A stretch of DNA of 64,000 nucleotides from a virus. Position numbers and translations under genes: made by a program. Shown in pieces: positions 56,599 through 64,000 of the stretch. Numbering within the stretch: position 1 is the first letter of the stretch; every line of letters starts with the position of its first letter. The notes below the pieces were generated by a model. It was not told the DNA's origin and made no database searches. It saw nothing but the letters and a program-made list of their open reading frames with translations. The DNA is taken from positions 32,001 through 96,000 of IMG/VR virus record IMGVR_UViG_3300026097_000009; one strand, written 5' to 3'.

Positions 56599-58373
56599 TA
56601 CACTATATCCACATCCGTGTTGTAGGAAGTGAATCCATTTTCTTTAATCACTTTCAAAACTTGGCTGACTCTATTAGTTAAGTCATCTCTGTGAGATATT
56701 AAAAACACATTTTTGTCACGCTCACGAGTCATTTTTTTCAGCACACTTATGCTGTTTTCAACACCGTTCGCATCTAATCCGTTGTCAATCAGTTCGTCAA
56801 TAAACAACAAGTTAATTGAGTGATACAGATTCTCCCACACATCTCTAAACGCAAAACTTAAAGACAAGATTAATCTGTTACGTTCACCTCTTGATAGGTT
56901 GTCAAAATCTAAATCCTGACCCAGCTGTGTGATAATCACGCTGAGATCATTCTGAAACTCTACCAGGTGCGGCAACCCGGTCTTGTTCAAATAGTATGTA
57001 AGACGTTGGTTCAAAAATGCAAGATTCTGATCGATAATGCGTTTACGAATGTACGAATCTTTGTTTGTGAGCAGTTTGTATAAAAACTCTTGATGATCTT
57101 TGATTCGAGTAAGCTCGTTAACTGTGTCCCAGTTAATTTCTTGCATTGCGCTGTCTTTCAGTTCTGCAATCTGATCATCGTAAGGATTAGTTTCTGCATT
57201 TTTATTTTCTAATTCTTTTCCTAAACCGTCAATTGTAGCTCTATGATTAAGTGCTTCTTCTAATGTACTGTATTCTACATTAGGGCAATTACCGAGTTCT
57301 CCGATCAAAGACAATGCTTCAGCATAATCCTTCAGTTCGGATTGTTGAGCTGTAACACGAGACTGATATTCAGCAACCTGTTCTGCTTTCTTCTCCATCA
57401 TTTGATCGTGTTGCTCGTCATGAACATCTTGTCCGCAAGCATGACACTTATGATCCGCAAGTTTTTCCAGTTCAAGAACCAACTTATCGTAATGTCGCTG
57501 ATCGTTTTCCATTTGTGCAGTCAATCTAGCTACGGTCTTTTCAAGTTGTTCCTTTTCTTTCTTATGTTCACGCCATTGTTGCAGTGCTTTTTGATTTTCA
57601 ATTTCTACATCAATGTCGATATGATCTAACACAGAAATACTTTTTGCAATGTCTTTAAGAGTCTGTGCTTTGTTTTCTCCCCAAAGGCGTTGCTTACGTT
57701 CCAAACTTTCAATGCTTTGCTGTATGCGCTCGTTTGAGGCCCTCACGGCGTCAATGCGTGTAGTCTCCTGTTGTATCTCGTCTCTAGTAAACTTAATTTG
57801 TTCTTTGAGATTCTCTGCTTTTTCGGAAAGCAGTGTGATCCCTAACAGTTCTTCGATGATCGCACGTTGATCATTGCTCCGCATGCTGAGGAAAGGTTCG
57901 GTATAAGTGTTCAACGCCACAAGATGCTTAAACATATCATGGCTCATACCGAACAGATTTTCAATTTCTTTCTGTGTTTCTCGGCTGTCTCCTTGTGATT
58001 CATCAGCATCTTCTGGTTTTTGCTCATGTCCATTTATGGTAAGCTTCAACAGATTAGGTTTGCGCCCTCGTTCGATATGATATTCTACACCATTTTTTTC
58101 AAATGTACAAGTAACCAGCATGTTTTTGCCGTTGATCTTGTTAATAAGATTATCTTTCTTAATATTTGTAAGTGCTGACCCGTAAATTGCATATGACAGC
58201 CCGTTTACAATAGTTGTTTTTCCCGTGCCATTCCGTGCGCCACCGTCATCACCACCGAGATCGAGATTTTCGCCTAGCACTAACGTAAGATGCCCTTTGT
58301 CGAAATCGATAGCTTGTGTTTGATTTCCGATACTCATAAAATTTTGTGCGGTTAAAGTTTTAATTTTAATCAT
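56598..58373 (-). CDS. gp46: Recombination endonuclease ATPase subunit (T4 gp46 / Rad50 / SbcC)
   Basis: Walker A NGTGKT, zinc hook CHAC, signature LSRGE, Walker B LFIDE, ISH. Confidence 0.96.
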   Translation of the reverse strand: MIKIKTLTAQNFMSIGNQTQAIDFDKGHLTLVLGENLDLGGDDGGARNGTGKTTIVNGLSYAIYGSALTNIKKDNLINKINGKNMLVTCTFEKNGVEYHIERGRKPNLLKLTINGHEQKPEDADESQGDSRETQKEIENLFGMSHDMFKHLVALNTYTEPFLSMRSNDQRAIIEELLGITLLSEKAENLKEQIKFTRDEIQQETTRIDAVRASNERIQQSIESLERKQRLWGENKAQTLKDIAKSISVLDHIDIDVEIENQKALQQWREHKKEKEQLEKTVARLTAQMENDQRHYDKLVLELEKLADHKCHACGQDVHDEQHDQMMEKKAEQVAEYQSRVTAQQSELKDYAEALSLIGELGNCPNVEYSTLEEALNHRATIDGLGKELENKNAETNPYDDQIAELKDSAMQEINWDTVNELTRIKDHQEFLYKLLTNKDSYIRKRIIDQNLAFLNQRLTYYLNKTGLPHLVEFQNDLSVIITQLGQDLDFDNLSRGERNRLILSLSFAFRDVWENLYHSINLLFIDELIDNGLDANGVENSISVLKKMTRERDKNVFLISHRDDLTNRVSQVLKVIKENGFTSYNTDVDIV

Positions 58374-59380
58374 AAGTTCTGATAGATGTCCAATAAGATT
58401 TTTTGATCGTAGTTGTCGCTTTCGATTTGGTTAAGTTGATTCATTACGATAGTATCTACACTTTCGAAACTTAGATCTACCGGCTCCGACTGTGAATCCA
58501 GTTCTACCTTTTCCGGAATCATCATTAATTCACGCAGTCCGTACTTGGGAATAAGTTCTTCTTTGATAAAGTTTGCTTCCTCAAACGAAATTTCAACGTC
58601 AATGGTTGCTCGAACATGCATTTTTTCTCGAAGAACTTTGTCTGTATCTACTAATAGGTCACTTAACTTCATAGTTCTATACACGGGCTGATCAGGCCAT
58701 GCTTCGTACTCCGGAGCACCACCCCACTCTAGTGTCATCATACCGCGTTCGTCGTCCCAAGCATCAGCATAGTTGTGAGGAAATGCATTTCCCATATACA
58801 CAATATTTCCTTTCTGCTGACGCTTATGAAAGTGCCCTGAGAAAACATATTCTTGATTTTTAAAATGACTGGCCCTGAGATTACCGTGGTCTGGCATCTG
58901 TACCATTGCATTCATATAAAAACTAGGCAGTTCAAGATGTCCAAATATATATTTTGAAGTATCTTTTTCGATTTCTTTCCACTCGTCTCCTACAAGCCAA
59001 GGCAAAATAGTAACATTGCCTTCGCGTAACGGTTCTCTGATAGGAACAACATTAGGAAATAATCGCATAAACTCTACAGAGTTAATTTCTCGCTTGTCTT
59101 TGTAAAACAAATCGTGATTACCGAGGATAAAATATACTTTTTCAAAGTTCTGACTTAGCCTTTCGAGATTACTAAGAGTATAATTCATAGTCGATACATC
59201 TGTCGAACTGCGATTGTGATGCCAGTCACCTAAAAAGATACAGGTTTCTGCACCTTTTTCTCGTGCTCTTTTGCAAAACCATGCTACAAAATCTTCACAG
59301 TCTGTATTATGCACACGGCTTCCACTTTTCATACCGAAATGTATGTCAGTGAAACAGGCCGCTTTTTTAAATAAGTTCAT
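58370..59380 (-). CDS. gp47: Recombination endonuclease nuclease subunit (T4 gp47 / Mre11 / SbcD)
   Basis: DIH, GDWHH, GNHD and GHFH metallophosphoesterase motifs. Confidence 0.96.
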   Translation of the reverse strand: MNLFKKAACFTDIHFGMKSGSRVHNTDCEDFVAWFCKRAREKGAETCIFLGDWHHNRSSTDVSTMNYTLSNLERLSQNFEKVYFILGNHDLFYKDKREINSVEFMRLFPNVVPIREPLREGNVTILPWLVGDEWKEIEKDTSKYIFGHLELPSFYMNAMVQMPDHGNLRASHFKNQEYVFSGHFHKRQQKGNIVYMGNAFPHNYADAWDDERGMMTLEWGGAPEYEAWPDQPVYRTMKLSDLLVDTDKVLREKMHVRATIDVEISFEEANFIKEELIPKYGLRELMMIPEKVELDSQSEPVDLSFESVDTIVMNQLNQIESDNYDQKILLDIYQNL

Positions 59381-59386
59381 AATTGT

Positions 59387-59415
59387 ATAATACCTTATTT
59401 TGTTTTAAAAATCAA
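59387..59415 (-). promoter_or_regulatory. Sigma70-type promoter for the gp47-gp46 operon (leaderless)
   Basis: TTGATT, 17-nt spacer, TATTAT; ATG follows 6 nt later with no SD. Confidence 0.6.
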
Positions 59416-60245
59416 TCATTATCTTTGTCAGACGAACGATCGCCAAATGAATCTTGCCATTGTCTTGTCCAACTTGGATTCATACCGTTTATTTCAAGGA
59501 TATCGTCACGAATGTTTTGATTTCGTTTTTCGATATTAATGATCCTCACAAACGAATTTGTAACAGCGGCCGTATAATATGCAAAAGGATTATCCGATTT
59601 TGACTCGTCGAACTGTAATCCAATCTGTGTTAGTTGAAGGATTGCTTGCCCACGCATTTCGTCGTTGTATGTATACCCTCGAACATTGCTTCGTGTTGCA
59701 TATCTTTCGCATAATTTCATCCACATTTTTGCAAGTTCGTTAGTAGCTTGTCCGTGTTCTTTACAGAATTCGCCTTTTTCTAAATCTCCTTTCCAATGAC
59801 TTTTACCTACACAGAATAAATTTCCTTCATCGTCGAATTTCCAGTGCTGGAACGGTGGAAAATTTACTTTTTCGTGATGATCGGCTACTGATTTGGGGTT
59901 TTTCTTACGACCCGGCGCAAGCGGAATGTGTTCGAACGTCATAATACGAAATACAACATCTGTTTTTTGAATTTTTTTATAATCGATATCAAATTCTTTT
60001 GCAGGAATTTTTTTGTTTTGCTTCCTCATTTCAGCTTCGTGTGCTTGTTTAGCAAGTCTTGATGCTTGATTGCGTTTTGCATCTGCAATTGTTCTTATAT
60101 TAATTTTATCTAAACTCGGAAGAATAAGATCGTACTGATTATACTCTGGTTTTGTAAAACTACAATATGTAGTTTTGCTTTTATGAATTTCTCTTAGTAA
60201 ATCACGATTATTTAAATACTTTACACGTGGGAATGGACTAGACAC
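59412..60245 (-). CDS. gp55: Late-transcription sigma factor (T4 gp55-like), start revised to GTG 60245
   Basis: YLNNRDLL, LCERYA...N.RGYTYNDEM...A, FDESKSDNPFAYYT.....SF.RII..EK; SD AGGAGA. Confidence 0.9.
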   Translation of the reverse strand: MSSPFPRVKYLNNRDLLREIHKSKTTYCSFTKPEYNQYDLILPSLDKINIRTIADAKRNQASRLAKQAHEAEMRKQNKKIPAKEFDIDYKKIQKTDVVFRIMTFEHIPLAPGRKKNPKSVADHHEKVNFPPFQHWKFDDEGNLFCVGKSHWKGDLEKGEFCKEHGQATNELAKMWMKLCERYATRSNVRGYTYNDEMRGQAILQLTQIGLQFDESKSDNPFAYYTAAVTNSFVRIINIEKRNQNIRDDILEINGMNPSWTRQWQDSFGDRSSDKDND

Positions 60246-60292
60246 AATAGATAATCTCCTTATAAGATTATAGTAGCATATTTTATCTAAAA

Positions 60293-60298
60293 TAAATA
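60293..60298 (+). promoter_or_regulatory. Late promoter core TAAATA for the baseplate operon
   Basis: ATAAATA followed by SD AAGGAG upstream of 60323. Confidence 0.65.
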
Positions 60299-60322
60299 CC
60301 ATAAAGGAGTAATTTTGGATCA

Positions 60323-61402
60323 ATGAGTAGACCAACAAATCCTCTTGCAGAACTTGTATCTAAAGTCGAAGAAGAAATAGGAGCCGCATCAAATGCCTTT
60401 AGCTCAGATTTACAAGCGGCAGGCGAACAATTTGCAAAAGACAAAGCAGAATTAAGTAAAAAAATTGCAGAATTATCTGACGCCGTAGGCATTCCGGACA
60501 TAGGAGATAATCTTACATCTCTTGGTGAAGAGGTAGGCGGCTTCTTTGATGGTTCTGGAAGTTCTATCCAAAGCAGTATAACTGACGGTATTTCTACATT
60601 ACAAGAAACAACAGGTGCGATTAGTCAATTTACCAGCGATATATCAGGTGCTTTAGACAAAGTAGGCTTAGGAGATATTGCTGGAGGATTGCAATCAGCG
60701 GCAGGAGCCGCATCGCAAGTTGCAGGAGTTATAGATGATGTTCTGAGTTTAAAAAGAGCTTCGTCAATACCTCCAGGTGCTGAAACATTTAAACAAAAAT
60801 CTGACGCGATTGATGTAACAGTGAATTATGAAAATGATTGGCGTGTTAGGATTGATTGTGAAAGTTGGAATGCTTTTAACAGCCAACTATTTGATCAGAT
60901 AAAAAATACAGGAGGAGTAGTATTTCCTTACCTTCCGGAGGTAAAAGTTGCGACTACAGCAGAGTATTCACAGATAGAACCGGTTCATAATAACTATCCG
61001 TTTCAGGCATACAAAAACAGTCGTGTAGATGACATTACAATAAGTGGAGAATTCTCTGCAGAAACCGCTAAAGACGCAGATTATTGGTTAGCATCTAATT
61101 TGTTTTTTAGAACAGCAACAAAAATGTTTTTCGGACAAGGCGAAAATGCAGGAAATCCTCCTATAATTTGCAGGTTGCACGGATACGGAACAGGTATTTT
61201 TAATAATGTTCCTGTGGTTATTAAAAACTACAATGTAGATTTAGGATCAAGCACACAATACGTTAAAAGCGTAAATTATAACACATGGGTTCCTATTGTA
61301 AGCACTGTGAGTGTTACTGTTGCTCCGATATACAATAGAGAAAGATTAAGAAACTTCGATCTTGCAACGTTTGCAAAAGGCGGAATGGTAGGATACATAT
61401 AA
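60323..61402 (+). CDS. Baseplate tube-initiator/cap protein (gp48/gp54-like)
   Basis: DWRVRI, GVVFPY.P, HNNYPF..Y.NS.V..I.ISG.F, PPI...L.GYG...FNNVPVVI tube-fold motifs; precedes the gp53-like gene. Confidence 0.65.
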   Translation: MSRPTNPLAELVSKVEEEIGAASNAFSSDLQAAGEQFAKDKAELSKKIAELSDAVGIPDIGDNLTSLGEEVGGFFDGSGSSIQSSITDGISTLQETTGAISQFTSDISGALDKVGLGDIAGGLQSAAGAASQVAGVIDDVLSLKRASSIPPGAETFKQKSDAIDVTVNYENDWRVRIDCESWNAFNSQLFDQIKNTGGVVFPYLPEVKVATTAEYSQIEPVHNNYPFQAYKNSRVDDITISGEFSAETAKDADYWLASNLFFRTATKMFFGQGENAGNPPIICRLHGYGTGIFNNVPVVIKNYNVDLGSSTQYVKSVNYNTWVPIVSTVSVTVAPIYNRERLRNFDLATFAKGGMVGYI

Positions 61403-61702
61403 ATGGCAACATATTCTAAATTTAGTCCTTACAGAAACACACCATCTAATGATTTATATCTAGAATTATTAGAAATTGTTCCAGTGCCGGCCGAAGATGA
61501 TGATTTCTTTTATCAAATTGAAACACAATATACGCATCGTCCTGATTTATTGTCATATGATGTTTACGGAACTCCGAAGCTTTGGTGGGTGTTTATGCAA
61601 AGAAATATGGACGTTATTAAAGATCCTATATATGATTTTCAGCCAGGTACACAGATTTACCTACCTAAAAAACGAAACCTACAGAAATTTTTAGGAGTTT
61701 AG
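61403..61702 (+). CDS. gp53: Baseplate wedge protein (T4 gp53-like, LysM-like)
   Basis: Y.HRPDLLSYDVYGTPKLWWVF..RN...I.DPI.DF..G..IYLP. Confidence 0.85.
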   Translation: MATYSKFSPYRNTPSNDLYLELLEIVPVPAEDDDFFYQIETQYTHRPDLLSYDVYGTPKLWWVFMQRNMDVIKDPIYDFQPGTQIYLPKKRNLQKFLGV

Positions 61703-64000
61703 ATGGCAGATATAATAGAAAGAAGAATACAATCTAGCGGAAGCACTACTAATTTTAATATTGACAGGACTCAGCCTTCTCGTGTGATTACTGTTAACGG
61801 ACAGAAAACCAAAGTCTATGGATCTAAGTCTCAACTAGATGCATACGAAGAGCAACAAAACAACAAAGCGTCGTCCACTTCAAATGTACAACAATCTACA
61901 GCAAACAGAATAACAGATCAACAAGGAGCCTCGGCGGTTTTTAATTTGTTTAAAGACGGTAAAAAGGAAAAACCACCTACTGATCCGAATAAAACTTCAT
62001 CTGTGCCCGGAATAAATGTAGAAGCCGCAGTAAATCCTCTAGAACAATTTGCTTCTTATACAACTCTTTTTACTTTAGCGGCAATACCTCCAGAAATGTA
62101 CAACGATCCAGAGACATATCGGAATGATCCTAGTGCTTTAACAAATGTAGTGGTTGCCAGCGCAGGGAGGTTCGGCGATGCAAGACCTCAAACAGTTAAC
62201 GGAACTCCGGAATTCTATATAGACAATGTTGAAATCGACTCGTTTGTTACAGGTTCGAAAAAGACAGGTAACAGTAATGCAGTTGGATTCAGTTTTGATT
62301 TGTTTGAACCATACTCTGTTGGACTGTTTTTAGAAAGTTTGCAGATAGCCGCATTACAAACTGGTGCGTATGCCAGCTATGGAGAAGCAGTATTTCTTTT
62401 GAAGATAGATTTTTTAGGGTATAAAGATACTGGGGAAACTTTTGAAGGTGTAAAATCAAAATATTTTACGGTTAAGATTAGAGAAGTTAAATTTGAAGTA
62501 GACGAATCTGGTAGTCGATATACCGTTAAGGCAATCCCCTTTAATCATCAAGCATACAGTTCTGTGATCAATAAAGTTTATACTGATATCTCTATAGTAG
62601 GCGAAGGCGTAAAAGAAGCATTATGCATTGGAGAAAAATCTCTAGTGAGTGTCCTTAATAGAAGAGAGCAAGATGCCGTTAAAAAAGGAACACAAAGTGT
62701 TGCTGATCAATTTACCATAGAATTTCCAAAGACCTATTGCGAAAAAATCAGCCAAGGTTCGGTCTCTAAAGATAATAAAGCGGTTGTTCATCCATTGTAT
62801 GGGTATCCAACTACTACTTCTGTTGGATCTAATTCTCAAACTGGTATATCGGAGTTTGGAGATAACAATATAGGCTCTAGCTCGTTTGGGTTCAGCTCAG
62901 CAAACGGCGGAAATTTTGTAATGCCAAGAGAAGCAGATGTAATAGATTCTGAAACTGGCAAGGTTAACAGAAATTCTATGATTATTGATCCTAGTAGAAG
63001 ACAATTCCAATTCCCCCAGGATACATCTATCACAAGAATCATTAATGATATTGTGTTAAGCTCTGAATATGCCGGAGACGCAATAACTAAACCTTATTCT
63101 CCGGAAGGGTTTGTGAAATGGTACAAAATAGATGCACAAATAGAACTTTTAGAATTTGACGACAAACGAGGGCAGTATGCAAAGCGAATTATATATAGGG
63201 TATTGCCTTATGAAGTTCATATTAGTATTTTCTCTAACACTCAAGCAGTGCCTCCGGGATATGAAGAACTAGAAAAACTAATAGCAAAACAGTATGATTA
63301 TATGTACACAGGACAAAATAATTCTATATTAAAATTCGACATAAACATTAATAATTTATTTTTTACAGGATTTAATCCGCAAGCCCCGCAAGATACAGGA
63401 GATCAACAAAACCCTAATCTTAAAGGTGGACAAGAAGAAGGTCCTGATATTGTAGAAAAAGAAGAAGGTATTGAAACTAGAGCACGAGTATCAAATACAG
63501 GAACTGTGAGACAACAGCAAGATCCAGAATTAAACAATATCAATACTTCAACAGGATCAGAAACCAGCCCCAAAGAATTAGTTGCAAGAAACTTTCAACA
63601 GGCATTCCTTAATAACAGCGGAGATTTGATTGATATAGATTTAGAAATTTTAGGAGATCCGTATTGGATAGTCGATAATTCGATAGGAAATTATTTTACC
63701 TGTCCTTCGTCAAATAAGCTGGTAACACAAGACAACACAGCTAATTTCGAATCCGGCGATTCGTACATTTATATAAGATTAAGAACACCGAGCGATGTTG
63801 ACCCTGATACTTCTCTCTACAAGTTTGCCAACGAAGGAAAAGACAGTCCATATTCGGGAATTTACAAAGTTGTAAAATGTGTTAACAACTTTTCTAACGG
63901 AGTGTTCACACAAAAATTAAAGTGTCTAAGAATGAGAGGTCAAGCTATTGATTATGACGGTAGTTTAAATATTGATCCTTCGTCAACACCACTATATAAC
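61703..64000 (+). CDS. Baseplate hub protein (gp27/VgrG-like), 3' end runs off the window
   Basis: Not in the ORF track. ATG 61703 after SD AGGAG; spot translation gives NPLEQFASY..LFTL, FYIDNVEI, EPYSVGLF, LEILGDPYW, SGIYKV....N.FSNGVFTQ.L. Confidence 0.7.
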   Translation, partial: MADIIERRIQSSGSTTNFNIDRTQPSRVITVNGQKTKVYGSKSQLDAYEEQQNNKASSTSNVQQSTANRITDQQGASAVFNLFKDGKKEKPPTDPNKTSSVPGINVEAAVNPLEQFASYTTLFTLAAIPPEMYNDPETYRNDPSALTNVVVASAGRFGDARPQTVNGTPEFYIDNVEIDSFVTGSKKTGNSNAVGFSFDLFEPYSVGLFLESLQIAALQTGAYASYGEAVFLLKIDFLGYKDTGETFEGVKSKYFTVKIREVKFEVDESGSRYTVKAIPFNHQAYSSVINKVYTDISIVGEGVKEALCIGEKSLVSVLNRREQDAVKKGTQSVADQFTIEFPKTYCEKISQGSVSKDNKAVVHPLYGYPTTTSVGSNSQTGISEFGDNNIGSSSFGFSSANGGNFVMPREADVIDSETGKVNRNSMIIDPSRRQFQFPQDTSITRIINDIVLSSEYAGDAITKPYSPEGFVKWYKIDAQIELLEFDDKRGQYAKRIIYRVLPYEVHISIFSNTQAVPPGYEELEKLIAKQYDYMYTGQNNSILKFDININNLFFTGFNPQAPQDTGDQQNPNLKGGQEEGPDIVEKEEGIETRARVSNTGTVRQQQDPELNNINTSTGSETSPKELVARNFQQAFLNNSGDLIDIDLEILGDPYWIVDNSIGNYFTCPSSNKLVTQDNTANFESGDSYIYIRLRTPSDVDPDTSLYKFANEGKDSPYSGIYKVVKCVNNFSNGVFTQKLKCLRMRGQAIDYDGSLNIDPSSTPLYN

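Noticed and set aside
1141-57870. Numerous short antisense or alternate-frame ORFs in the ORF track (e.g. 12237-12731, 24458-24916, 33817-34407, 55518-55789)
   Set aside because: These are shadows of long genes with biased codon usage, or fall in the structured non-coding element; no SD or recognisable motifs.
1-64000. Stop-codon reassignment as in some jumbo phages
   Set aside because: Core genes are full length in code 11, and TAA, TAG and TGA all terminate genes at sensible boundaries.

Overview
64-kb segment (low GC) of a large T4-like (jumbo-type) myophage genome in the standard genetic code. It holds most of the virion morphogenesis region: tail tube (partial), sheath, neck gp13/gp14, tail terminator gp15, about 35 kb of fibre/appendage genes including three 2000-2800 aa proteins, the head module (gp23, gp22, gp21, acidic core protein, portal gp20), tape measure, gp26-like chaperone and baseplate genes (gp48-like, gp53-like, partial hub). 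It also has dNMP kinase, gp46/gp47, late sigma factor gp55 and many TAAATA late promoters. The most notable unexplained items are: (1) a ~480-nt non-coding, multi-pseudoknot RNA-like element directly after a GIY-YIG nuclease gene; (2) three ~10-11% cysteine paralogous fibre-tip-like proteins next to a GT9 glycosyltransferase, carbamoyltransferase and 2OG-Fe(II) oxygenase cassette with its own sigma70-type promoter; (3) a well-supported -1 programmed frameshift extending the gp26-like chaperone; (4) apparently leaderless late mRNAs, two structured 5' leaders, a repeated plug-and-socket fibre connector module, and phycobiliprotein-like CxRD repeats in the giant virion proteins. No CRISPR array, tRNA, rRNA, DGR or IS element was recognised. 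All product calls come from motif recognition by eye; no database search was run.
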